A stretch of 63,966 bases of DNA, the filler included, from Reclinomonas americana ATCC 50394 (taxonomy: Eukaryota), in the NCBI GenBank assembly GCA_048213135.1. It is 5 parts of 3 records of this genome, joined end to end, with 100 filler letters (N's around TTAATTAATTAA, not from the genome) between each part and the next. Parts side by side here need not be neighbours in the genome. Positions count along the whole stretch, not along the records: positions 1 to 27,758 come from PS015298.1; 4 more parts are not named here. One strand, written 5' to 3'. Position 1 is the stretch's first letter. Every line of letters starts with the position of its first letter. This document shows, in pieces, positions 1-17,700 of the stretch. The translations under genes were made by a program, and so were the position numbers. Below the pieces are notes generated by a model. The model saw only the letters and a list, made by a program, of their open reading frames with translations. It did no database searches and was not told the origin of the DNA.

Positions 1-43
1 AAGAAGAACAAGAAGAACAAGAAGAAGAAGAAGAGGAAGAAGG

Positions 44-3000
44 TCAAAGAGGAGGAGAAGGAGGATGAGAGCAAGAGACCTCATCCTGTAAAGGTCGATG
101 TCGCAGCGACTGTTGCAGAGTCGACATTTGCATCTCGACCTCCTCTCGACGCCGCTGCTCGCGCTCCAATGCCGTGGCCATGTGCTCTAGTCGCTCTTGC
201 AGAGAGAGCACCAGTGCAGCCATCTCACCCTGTGCATGTGAGGTGCGCCCGGTTGTTGTCGCGCGTGCACTGGCAGGAACTGACAAGTGTGTCTGCAAAA
301 CGCGTTGTGTGAGCAGTGAGTGAGTGAGAGTGTGTGTGCATGTGGGCGAGCAGCTGACCGTGCTTGGTGCCTTGATGGCGTTGCGCTGCATGCTCTGCTC
401 ACCACGTTTCAATTGTTTTCAGTGTGTGTGACACAAGGACACAGCACGTCTGTCTCTGTCTCTGTCTGTTTGTGAGTCTCTCTCATCGACCTCCACTGAC
501 TACTGTCGTGGTGGTCGTGGTGGCGGCTGCAGTGGGCGAGGCCATGACGGCTTGTGAGCCGCGACGACCGCCACGCGAGCCCTTCTTGCCATTGGCAGTG
601 GTGGTGGCGGTGGGAGGTGAGGCAGGAGTGGTCGGTGAGCTGCGACGACGAGAGGCGGCTGTGGAGGAGGCGCCGCGCTTGCCTTTGCCTGTGGAGGTCG
701 GTGGCGAGGATTGCTGTGAGGCCTCGCCGTCGTCGTCGTCGCCTTCCATGCGCACGTCGGAGGCGGGAGCAGCAGCTGCAGCAGCAGTGCTGTCGTCGTC
801 AGCGGCGATGGCGGCCATCTCGCTGTCGGCTGCGGTGGAGGATGAACCAGAGGCCTCGGCAGCAGCAGCAGCAGCAGTGGCGGCAGCTGCAGCGGCGGCG
901 GCTGCGGCGGCTTCTTGCTCGAGATACGCAAAACTTGGCGGATCCGTGTGCGAGTTGGGGCAGAAGAACGCCCGGCCGATCACGAACTCGCGGCCGCGAA
1001 TCACCACTGTTGAAGGAGGAAGTGTGAGCAGGGAGATGTGGAAAGTTTCCAAACACGCGAGAATCTTGAATGCAATACAATCAACGGAGAGCAACAACGA
1101 CACTGCCGAGAAGGCAAGGAAGAGTACAACTTAACGACAGACATGACACAGGGAGGCAAGTGACGAGTGATAGACAACCAAGACAAAAAGGGTAAACGCA
1201 AGAACAGAAATGACAAATTGCACTCCATCGCTCTCTCTTTCTCTCTCTCCCTCCCTCTCTCTCTCTCTTCGACTGCGCCAGGACGAGAAAAGATCCCGAC
1301 TGCGCACGACAGACCACGACAAGGGAATAACATGCCAGCATGACGTCCGCCCGCGCATTTCTCCCCAAGTCGGTCCACNNNNNNNNNNNNNNNNNNNNNN
1401 NNNNNNNNNNNNNNNNNNNNNNNNNNNNNNNNNNNNNNNNNNNNNNNNNNNNNNNNNNNNNNNNNNNNNNNNNCGCACGATCGATATCAGGTGATTGCCG
1501 ACGAGGGCTACGCGCCATTATACTTTACCTCGTTCAAGCTGCGCCGACAGACGCTGTTCCTGGAGACACCCAGTCGACGGTCCTCTCTCTATATCATATA
1601 TAACAGATCGCGACCAATTTGACTGATTGCTTGCTGGTGCTTGTCAGATATGAGTTGTCGTTCTTGCAAGGCAGTCAGGATCCGCAAGCCGCTGCGCAGT
1701 GGTTGGATCGTGAGCGGCAAGCGTATGTGGGACGGCACCCGGGGCATGCGAGCGAGGAGAGCGGGGAGGCGGAGGATGATGAGGGATTCGTGCGACCGGC
1801 ACCGCGTGTGCCTGCGTCGCGTGGGGATCGTGTGCCAGTGTCGGGACGCAAGCTGGAGGAGCTGTACTTGTCGCAAAAGTTGGCTCGTTGCGTGCGATGT
1901 TTTCTTGCAGCACACGAGCGTCGAGAACAAGGAGGAGGAGAGATGGCTCATGCGCTGTTGTTTGTGGATTGCAGTGACTGGCGCGCGCACTGATGTGCCG
2001 TTTGGTCCGCCGCGCTCGTTTGCCAGCGAGGCGGAGCAGCAGTACAGTCTGCGTGCTGGCCTCTTCCGCTTGTCGATGGTGACGGGCCCGCTGCGAGCGG
2101 GCGCGGCACATCCGCGTGTGTCGACTCCGGCGCCGCTTGTCGGATCCGACGGGCACCTCGTAGATTCTCCGGTCTCTCCCGGCAACAGCGCCAGCAATGG
2201 CGGCGCTGCTGTTCCGAGTGCGTTCGGTGAGTGTGTGTGTGCGCGCGGGGGGAGAGTGGCATGGAAAAGAGTGGTTGCTGAACAGTCAATGACAGGGAGC
2301 CTGTGTTCGGTGCACGAATTGCCGTCGGTTCCGTCGCGCCCTGTCGACGTCAGAGTGATGGCCGACTGTCTGACGTGGGATGAGATGCAGTGGGATGACT
2401 ATTCAGGTGAGTGATGGAGGGCAAAACAANNNNNNNNNNNNNNNNNNNNNNNNNNNNNNNNNNNNNNNNNNNNNNNNNNNNNNNNNNNNNNNNNNNNNNN
2501 NNNNNNNNNNNNNNNNNNNNNNNNNNNNNNNNNNNNNNNNNNNNNNNNNNNNNNNNNNNNNNNNNNNNNNNNNNNNNNNNNNNNNNNNNNNNNNNNNNNN
2601 NNNNNNNNNNNNNNNNNNNNNNNNNNNNNNNNNNNNNNNNNNNNNNNNNNNNNNNNNNNNNNNNNNNNNNNNNNNNNNNNNNNNNNNNNNNNNNNNNNNN
2701 NNNNNNNNNNNNNNNNNNNNNNNNNNNNNNNNNNNNNNNNNNNNNNNNNNNNNNNNNNNNNNNNNNNNNNNNNNNNNNNNNNNNNNNNNNNNNNNNNNNN
2801 NNNNNNNNNNNNNNNNNNNNNNNNNNNNNNNNNNNNNNNNNNNNNNNNNNNNNNNNNNNNNNNNNNNNNNNNNNNNNNNNNNNNNNNNNNNNNNNNNNNN
2901 NNNNNNNNNNNNNNNCGTGAGAACAACAAGCCACAGAGAGGCGAGAGTGAGTGAGGCAGAGTGTGAGTGAGTGAGTGAGTGAGAGGTACCTCCAGTGAGA

Positions 3001-3473
3001 ACTTTTGCAGCGGATCGCCACTCAGAGTGAACGAGAGACTGATGTTGGGCAGGAACTTGGATCGCTGTTGTTGAAGGGAGAGAGAGAGGCAAGCAACAGA
3101 GAGACAAAAGACAGAGAGTTAGTCATGTTGTGTGTGTCTCCGATAACGGCGTGAGGGCAGACAGTGTGCGTGTGAGAGAGGGAGAGTGTGTGCAAGAGCG
3201 CGCAATGTCGCTCTTCTTCGTTTGCTTGCGCACCTCCTCCATGCGCTTGGTGAGTGCGGCCTTGCGTACGCTGTGACGCGACTGCTTCTGCGATTGCTGT
3301 TTGAGCGAGAACAACTGTGTGAGAGAGGGGGGAAAGAGAGAGAGACAAGTGTTTTCTTTACAAAGAACCTTGCGCGTGGTGCGTCCGCCCGCGGCTCCGC
3401 TGCTTCCTCCGCCGCCGCCTTGTCCTCCTCCGCCTCCAGTGGTGGCGCGCGGCTCAGCGCGTGCGCGACCCAT
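44..3473 (-). CDS. Multi-exon hypothetical protein with Ala/Ser/Thr-rich and coiled-coil C-terminal part; segment 1474-2429 probably belongs to it but is assembled inverted
   Basis: ATG at 3473 (MGRARAEP...). Exon ...DPLQKFSLE|gtacct is phase-compatible with + strand exon cag|VIADEGYAPLYF... at ~1490. Minus-strand exons at ~500-1015 and ~80-230 (LQERLEHMATALEREQRRREEVEMQM). No recognised domain. Confidence 0.45.
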
Positions 3474-4528
3474 TGTTTCTCTCTCTTTCTCACAATGAAA
3501 CAACGAATGCTGGTCGTCCTGCGTCCCGTTGAGTTGTCCAAAAGGCGGCATACACGACAACGGGGAAGGGGAGGGTTGGTGGAGTCGCCGGTGGTGCTGG
3601 TGTGTGTAGTGAGTGTGTGTGTCGGGAGGGCAAGAAGAAATGCAAGGGATTGCAATTGCAGTTGCGAATGGATGAAGAGTGATCGAGGTGGCCAGTGATC
3701 GCCTGTAAAAAGGCAAAGACAATCCCGATACGCTGCAAGTTTTGTTTGTGCATACACAGCGCTGCGCATGCTGGCTTCACACGGATCCGGACCAGGCATT
3801 GCAGTTGCTTTGCGATCGTTTGCCGTACGCGTCCTCTGGCCTTTTCCCAAGATTGTATGCCCAGTACAAGTACCGTATACGACCGCGCAGAAACGCTGTG
3901 CGTCAGCAAGTGAGTGTAATTCACTGTTCAGCCACGCTTTGCAATGACGATCTCAGTTTCAGATCGCGATCGCGACTGCTCCGAGAGCGGACAGACGCAC
4001 AACGAAACCCGCTGCCGTCCAGACTGCTGTTTATGTTTATGTTTTGCAGAGCATGCGGCTGGACTTGATTGTCAGACACAGCAGTGGCTTGTTCATTGGC
4101 ACGATGACCATTTCGGATTAATATTCACACCGGTACCGCTCTCCTCCCCAGTCTCTGCAATCGCATTTCTGCGTTCCGCCCCAGCTGCGCGATGTAAGGA
4201 GCATCCGCACCCCTGCGACGTACTCGTGCTCCTCATCGCCATTTTTCGAGCTCGCTGTCAGTTTTGTACGTGTTCGAATTCGAAACGGCCCGACGCATTC
4301 GACGTCCCCACCCCCCACTCTCCACGCCTCTTCCCAACACGCGCACGCAACACGACACAATGGAGCCAAAACACCCACATCTGCAAATGCAGCATTCAAA
4401 ACACTTCCAATTTTCCCGCGCGTGCCACCCACCGCGCAGGACACGACTGCTGCACCTCACTCCCACACTCAGCACGCGTGCAACGCCTGCGCGCAACCTC
4501 TCTTCCCGCGCACAAGACAAAAAGAGTC

Positions 4529-9918
<5,390 letters not shown>

Positions 9919-9941
9919 TAAAAAAAGAAAGGTAGACGCAT

Positions 9942-12900
9942 TCATTCTCCTGCCGCCGCTGTCGTGGTCTTTGCCGAGGGCGAGGAAGGAGGCAGCAAAG
10001 CAACTGCTTCCGCTGTCCATGAACATTGAAATCCTCCACCCGGTTTCTCCACGTCGGCCAGCATGACATGGCCGAGCAGTGCGAGACCGCGTGGCTCCAC
10101 TGTCTGCTGGAACACGATACGATCGCGCGTGACACCGTCACTGGAAATCTGCAACGACAGTCAAGGAGAAAAGTCAGGAGCAGCACGAGGCGAGAGAGAC
10201 AAAGGAGATTGCGCTCCAGAGACTCAACAGTGTTGGCCGACTGCACTTCCAGTCGCACCGACCACGCCGAGGCCGACTGGCTCCTTACAGCGTACGCCAC
10301 AGAGGACGATTGTCTGTGTGGCAGCGAGGCATAAGAACAGAGATGATCGACAGCAAAGACGACGGGCTGATCGCAACGGAAGTGACAGCTGCAACACGCG
10401 AATTTCACCAGCACCGACAGCGACGGGACTGCGCACCGGCGCACCAAAGCGCTCGATGAGGCGCGCAAAAGCATCGCTGCAACCCTGCGCGAAGTCGCTG
10501 GGCGTGAGTCAATCGCTCTTATTTATTCTTCTTTCCCCGCACAAACCTTGTTCCATCGCGAGTGCTCACGCAGCTCGTGCGGCGACTGCGAGTGTACAGA
10601 CAGAACAATCGAGCGCGACGCCACGGACCGCAAACCCGCGTCGTAGCCGAGAGCATGGATGCATCGCCAGGCAAAGCCCTGCACCATATGACGAGCACAT
10701 GAGCGATCCGATCACGCACAACAACCTGCATCGAAAGCCTACCTCTCCCTGCTCGTGAACCAGCCGGCTGAAATCTGTAAGCGGGTCAGACTCTGCGACG
10801 GAACGTGATGGAAGCACGAGTGCACGCAACATTCCACCAACTCCAGGAACGTGAGGTGACCAGGTTTCTGCAGTCCATGACACTCCAAAACCGTTCGTTC
10901 CACCTCGTCCTTGGAGAGGCGCATGCCGAATCCAACTCGACACAGTTTCCGCAGCTCTGCGCACAACGGATAATGAGAATCCTGCCTCCAATATCACGTC
11001 CACTGCCACCATCACCTTCTCCATTCAGCAACTGGTCCATGTCACGGTCATACCTGTTGCAACGAAAACGGTCATTGACTTCCCTCTTTCGTTGCCACCC
11101 CCTCCTCGCCAACCAACTCACATGCAAAAGGCATCGCCCAGCAGCGAAAGCACATCGGCACTCAATCGACCGTCGTTCTCCGTCAGGCTCGCACGCACGT
11201 CCACAACGCCGGCACCCTCTGGCACTCGCAACAGGCAGCCCGACGAACTGCATCGAATCAAATCAGCGCAATTTCATGATTAACAAGCAGTGCATACTCA
11301 ACATTGGGAACAAGGCATACTGCCCCGCCTCCAGGTCCATGCACACTTGCCACTGGCGACGCAGACCGACAAAACTGCGATGCTGCGAGGCCGCACGCTG
11401 CGCCACGACAATCTCCGACTCTCCGCCGCTCGCAGAACCGGAAGCAGCGGCCTTGCGAATGATCACCAGGCCCAGATCCAGGCTGGCGCGCTGCAGTCGA
11501 GTGCCACACCTTCTGTGGTCCTCCTGATGCACTGTGACGATGACTCGACCGGCACTCTGCAGCGTGAGGTCGTACGAGGGACCCGACACCGTGCCGTTGG
11601 CCTCGCGTGCAAACAGACCCTTGCGACGCGACTCGTGCAAAGTGCTCTCCGTGCTGCGTGCAAGTCAGCGAAAGGCACAGCGTGCAAAACTTTCTACGTG
11701 AAGAACGACGCAACAAGAGCTCCAACACCGACGCAAAGTGCAACTGAAAGTCGACGAGCGACATGAGAATGTCACTTTTGGCAGTGGCGCCATAATAGTC
11801 GAGCATGTCGCGATACTCGGGCGTCCAGGTGGCCGAGTGTTTGGACCAGTCGCCGCGCCTTGACAAGCACATCAATCACGTGAGCACTGGAGAAGGAAAC
11901 ATGATGAAAGCTCGCATACCATCGTTGCGTGGACTGAGCGGCCGAAACGGTACGCAGTCGGACGAGTTTCGTGGAGGGCGGCACCTCAATCACATCCACG
12001 ACGGCGTACGGTCGCTGCTGCACAAAGTTTGCGTGCTCCACCGGTGTCGGCCCTGCATACGTAGCAGTACACAGAGCAGAGACGTAAGCACATTTGCACC
12101 TTGAGTGGCTCCGACACACTCGTGCGCACCTCGAGCAAAGGCAGCGACCACACGACTGCACAACACCGCGTCCGTGAGAGCCTCCCACAGAGCGGTGCCG
12201 TCGCCGTCGACTGGTACCATGTGTTGCCTATACGGGGCACCAGTGAGGTCCATCAGAGTGTGATGCAGGCGGCCGCCGACAAAAAGCTGGATTTGGGGAA
12301 AGGAGGAAAAGAGAAAAGAGACGTAAGCTTGTGTGAGTGACAGGCAGAGTGCATCTGGATTTTGCACCTGCGAGTATGATCCCAGCAGCTTGGCCATGGC
12401 TTTCTCCACCAGCATAGGCCACAACGCGCCAGAAACAGTTCGGCCGTGCATGGGCCCACCGCCTGGAGAGTTCACGTGCAATGAGTCACGAGCCAGCTCG
12501 ATAAAGAAGACGGAAAAAGGGCACACCTTTGAAACATGGAATAAGATCGTCCACAACCACCGTGCACGGCTCGCCATCGCGGTACAGGCGCACGTGATAA
12601 CAGCCACACTCCTGCAACGCTTGGTCCTCGCCGTTCACAAACAGTCGCTGTACGAGAGCCGGGTGCAAGCTGAGCAACGCAAGCGAGTCCTGCGATCGTG
12701 GTGACTGAGTGAGCACTCCAATCTGCCACATCACGACCGGGAGAGGAGACTCACATGCAACCAGCTGCATTCGACAACAGACCAGATAACACAAAGTCAA
12801 AAGTACGCAGGCACATGGTGAACACGCACTCGGCACGCACGACAAGTCCTCCAGATGACTGACAATATCCAGCGGCTGCCAGTGTCGCGGGAACAGAGAT

Positions 12901-14712
12901 GGCTGCCGTGCAGCTGGACCTTGGCTGGCCGTCGCAAATGTTGATGGTCTGAACCAAGCGGTCAGCACAGGCTGGGTGTGTGTGGAGCACAACAAGCAAA
13001 TTGCTCTCTCCACACCTCAACCACTGCACAAAGTGGTGAGCGGTGCGGTCGCCCAGTGCGAACTTGTTGGCCGGCCACGAGAGATCCACAAACTGGCACG
13101 CATCTTGCTGGCAAATGGCGACAATCTGCGCAAAAAGCAGAGAAGTTCAGTTGAGATCTTCTTGCGCAACACTCTTCGACGATTTTCTTTCTCTCACCTC
13201 ATCACGGTCGAGCAGCGGCCTCCATCGCATCCACACATGATTGCCGCCGCCTTCTGGCACAAAGCCCACGCTCCAGTGGCGCACCATGACAGCATCTTGG
13301 TCGCCGACCACGGGACTCGACGCCCCATACGAGTCATGGTCATCGTCGTCGGCCGACTGCACCACTCTGTTGCGCGGAAGAAATGAGCAGTTGGTACACA
13401 GCAGGATGGGAAACGTTGTGTGGCGACGCAACGAACAGAGCGGAACACAGTGCGTCTCACTGCTTGCGTCCACCACGTGCAGCGTCAGCAGTGGCGTCGC
13501 AGCAGCACCCGGCAGCAGGAGGTACGACCGCGGAAGCGATTCCTCACTGACAATTCGAAGAGCGTGAGCGATTTCCGCCAAGTCTGGCGCGAGCGGGCAC
13601 TCTCACCTCGGGAGAGCCACGTTCACCGCCATGGACAAGTCGAGCGACACTTGCAAGATAATCGGCGACACGTTGATCACATCAAAGTGGATGGCGCCCG
13701 CACCATCCACGTCGCTGCGCCTCTTCACCAGCAGCACGCCGATCGAGCTGTCGGCGCCCGAGGGCACCCACTGAACCCATCGAATACCGCCTCCTCCGCT
13801 CTCCTCCATCGTCGCCACCAATGGCAATTCACTCGCCAGCCTCAGACATGGCGCGCAAAAGACACCATCTGCATTCACGTCAACAACTTGCAAGTAAGGA
13901 GTACCGATCATGGCATGAATCACCAGCAGAGACCGGTCGCTGCCAGCAACGCATACACCGCGGCCTCCGATCGCACCACGGACACAGACGCGAGTGACTC
14001 GGGTCCACAGCCGCCCTCTCACGACAATGAGTGCACAGAAACGGTGCACTGGACGGCGTCTCCGTCACAATCGGCGACAACAGCTGTGATCGTTCGTTTC
14101 AGTCCCCTCGCTGCGTGGCTTCCCGTGTGAGACGCATAACAGACAGACTCACCACTGCATTCTCACACACACTGCAGTGACTGTAGCCGACCATTCGCAC
14201 ATGCTGCGTGCAGTGGCGACAGCTCTTTGCGGCCCAACACTGCGCACAGAATCGACTTGCCACTGTGGCTCCTCCTGCTGCTGCACTCGCCAGTGTCTCT
14301 CCACAGGCGACACACTCACGCGCAGTGGCATGAGCGTTCAACGTGAGAGGCAGGTGAGCGATGCTGCTGGAGGAGCTTCCCGCGAGACCTCCCAGTCGCT
14401 TGAGTCGCGCGAGATCAGCGCAGTCGCTACACAGGTGCTCCTGTGTGTGTGCATGAGAGTGAGTGGAGAAGGATTGCATGCGTGAGTTGAGCAAGCGACC
14501 TTGGGCACTCGTGCATGCATGGCACACTGGCGACACTGAATCACATGCCTGCTCAATGAGTGAGGTGTGAGCGATCTGGCGACTCTTTCTCTCTCTCTCT
14601 CTCTCACACACAGCGACACACACCAACACTGTCTACAGTAGAACGGGTTGCCCCATGCACGTGGAAAGCGATGACAGCCGGCACACAGCGATGCCGCACC
14701 ATCGTCGCTCAT
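9942..14712 (-). CDS. Calpain-like protein: six CxxC...CxxC knuckles, beta-rich domain, CysPc core lacking the catalytic triad, domain III with EF-hand-like insert, C-terminal domain
   Basis: Spliced motifs QFVDLSWPANKFALG...VQWLRP, YHVRLYRDGEPCTVVVDDLIP, LWPMLVEKAMAKLLGSY, LMDLTGAP, WRGDWSKHSATWT, VIVTVHQED, LEAGQYALFP, YDRDMDQLLNGEE, ALGYDAGL. ATG at 14712, TGA at 9942. Confidence 0.85.
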
Positions 14713-14773
14713 TGACTTGAAAACCGAACAAAGACTAAAGCAGAGGACACAAGACACTGTGCTGCTTTCGTTT

Positions 14774-17700
14774 TCATTTGAGTCTGAGAGGCGCACCGGT
14801 GCCCATTCTGGCCGGTGGCGAGGCGCCGACAATGCCTGCACTTCCTTGACTACCGATNNNNNNNNNNNNNNNNNNNNNNNNNNNNNNNNNNNNNNNNNNN
14901 NNNNNNNNNNNNNNNNNNNNNNNNNNNNNNNNNNNNNNNNNNNNNNNNNNNNNNNNNNNNNNNNNNNNNNNNNNNNNNNNNNNNNNNNNNNNNNNNNNNN
15001 NNNNNNNNNNNNNNNNNNNNNNNNNNNNNNNNNNNNNNNNNNNNNNNNNNNNNNNNNNNNNNNNNNNNNNNNNNNNNNNNNNNNNNNNNNNNNNNNNNNN
15101 NNNNNNNNNNNNNNNNNNNNNNNNNNNNNNNNNNNNNNNNNNNNNNNNNNNNNNNNNNNNNNNNNNNNNNNNNNNNNNNNNNNNNNNNNNNNNNNNNNNN
15201 NNNNNNNNNNNNNNNNNNNNNNNNNNNNNNNNNNNNNNNNNNNNNNNNNNNNNNNNNNNNNNNNNNNNNNNNNNNNNNNNNNNNNNNNNNNNNNNNNNNN
15301 NNNNNNNNNNNNNNNNNNNNNNNNNNNNNNNNNNNNNNNNNNNNNNNNNNNNNNNNNNNNNNNNNNNNNNNNNNNNNNNNNNNNNNNNNNNNNNNNNNNN
15401 NNNNNTCGGCGGCCGCCAATGCCGCCAAGAAGACCGCCACTGGGGTCTCCTCACCGCCGGCCGCCGGATCGCCCAAGGTCGTGTCGCCCACCGACGGCGC
15501 GCTCTCGCCGACCTCCACCTCGTCGCAGTCGTCGTCCACGGGCGCCCGCTCGTTTGCCGCGCGCTCTGCACTCCTCATGCAGCAACGGCAGCAGACCAAG
15601 GACAAGGGCAGCAGCGCGCTGTCGCCCTCGTCGATGAGCTCCACTGGTTCAGGTCGCCGCTCACCACCCGCAGCGGGAACAGCAGCAACAGTTGCCTCGG
15701 TGGCCTCTCCGCCCTCCACCGTGGTCTCACCAGTGAGCCACGGCGGCAGTCCACTCAGCGCCCGCAGCGAGGACATTTTGGCGCGCGCCCGTGCCGCCGC
15801 TGCTCGTGTCGTCGCCTCGCCAGCCAACGGCCACGCGACCACCGCGGTCACCACCGCAGCACCAGTGGGACCGCTCAGCCCATCCTCCGACGCCGGCAGC
15901 CTTGACGTCAGCAACACTGGCGGTGGTGTCGGTGGTGGCGTGCTGAGTGGCAACACACGTCGCCTGAGTGGCGACGAACGACCCGGCAACAAGTACCGCC
16001 GCCATCGCCTGAGCTCGCCCATCAGCGAGGTCTCCACTCCATCGCCCGACTCCTCACCACAGCACACCNNNNNNNNNNNNNNNNNNNNGCGCGGTGAGTA
16101 CTGCAGTGGGCTCACGCGTCCGTAGCCCGACGACTTGACGCCCTCGTAGCGCGCCGAGTTGCCAGGTGATCGCGACCCGCCGTTGCTGTTGCCGGTGGTG
16201 GCGGCGGCGGCGGCGGCGGCGGTAGTGGTGGTGGCGCTCTTTGCATTCGAGGCAGGCGACCGACGGCCGGCTGCTGGACTCAGTGAGCGACGCGTCCGAG
16301 TGGACGGGGATGGCGGTCCCTTGGCGGCGGTGGCTCCGGCATTCGCCGGACTGGCGGAACGCTGCAATCCGGGGCTGGAACTGCGTGAGTTGGTCGGCGA
16401 CGGCAGCACTCCACTGCTGGCCGATCGTGACGACGGCGACGGTGTGCGCACACGGACAGGTCGCGGCGACGGCTTCGGTGACGGCTTGGGCGACGCACGA
16501 CCGCTCGGCGGCCGAGGCGATGTGCCCTTGCTGCCGGACGGTGAAGGATCGCGTGGAACAAATCGCGGTCCACCAGCCGGCGACGCTCGACCAGTGCGCG
16601 TCGCAGAAGACGGAGGCTGCGACGAAGTGGGTGGCTTGGGTGCCGGCGACTTGCCGGCAGGCGCCGATGACGATTTGATGGTGACCTTTACGGGCGATGG
16701 CGGCTGATTGGCGCCTTCGGCAGGCGATGCCGCAGCGACGGCGGTGGCGTCGTCCGCGATACGCACAGTGCGCGTGCGTGGCGACGAGTTGGGTGAGCGC
16801 GCCGGCGAGCGAGCGGGAGAGCGAGTCGGTGAGTGCGGCAGAGAGCTGTTGGCGCTGGCGGTGGCCGAGACCGGAGCTGCAGCGCCGTCGACCGACTTGA
16901 CCTTGAAACCAGAGATCCCGGACTGGAGGTACGAGCTGCTTCCGCTGCGGCTGGCGCTGCCGGCCTCCGGGGTCGACGCGGAGTTAAAATCGTCGACCAC
17001 CGTCGGCGACGGCGACGAGAGCACGTTGGACGACGAGCCGGAAATGACCAGCGGGGCGGGCGGGAGACCACGCGGACGCAGCGTGGGCGGTGCGGCGCGG
17101 CGCAGTGGTGCCGGCACATTGACTGTGAGTCCGTGTGTGGGGGTCGAGCTTCGTCTCGCATCCGAAGCGCTGTCGGACGGCGGTGGTGAGACGCGTCCAA
17201 TTGAACCGTTCGGACGAACAGTCACTGCGTTGGTGTCGGTGGCGGGTGGCTCGGCGGGGGCGGCAGCTGTGGTGATCCCAAGGGGGAAATGAGTTAGGAG
17301 GGAGGGAGTGAGGGAGAGGAAAAGAGGGACATGAAGTCTAGCCACACCTACGGTCTTCCCGGGTGGTGGATGCGAAGAAAGTTTGCTCGGCAGCGTCTTG
17401 GCGGTGATCTGCGTCGGTCGCGAGCGCGGTGAACGAGAACCGCTCGGTTCTTGCTCTTGTTGCTGCTGCTGCTGCGATTGCGGTTGTGGTTGTTGACCCT
17501 TGTCGGCGGCGAGGGCCTTGCGAACAGAGATGGCGCTGGGGCGTGAGGCGGGTGCCAGCAACGAGGCGGCGGCAGTCTCATTGAACACGATGGGAGCCGG
17601 CAGGCCCTCGAACGGCGACAGCACGAGGTCGGACTTGGATGGTCCGGTCTTTGATGGCAACAGTGGGGCACTCGGTGGCATCTCCAGTGCATCCACATAC

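Noticed and set aside
3560..4500. Several ORFs between the divergent genes
   Set aside because: No recognisable motifs or consistent splice structure; treated as promoter/UTR sequence.
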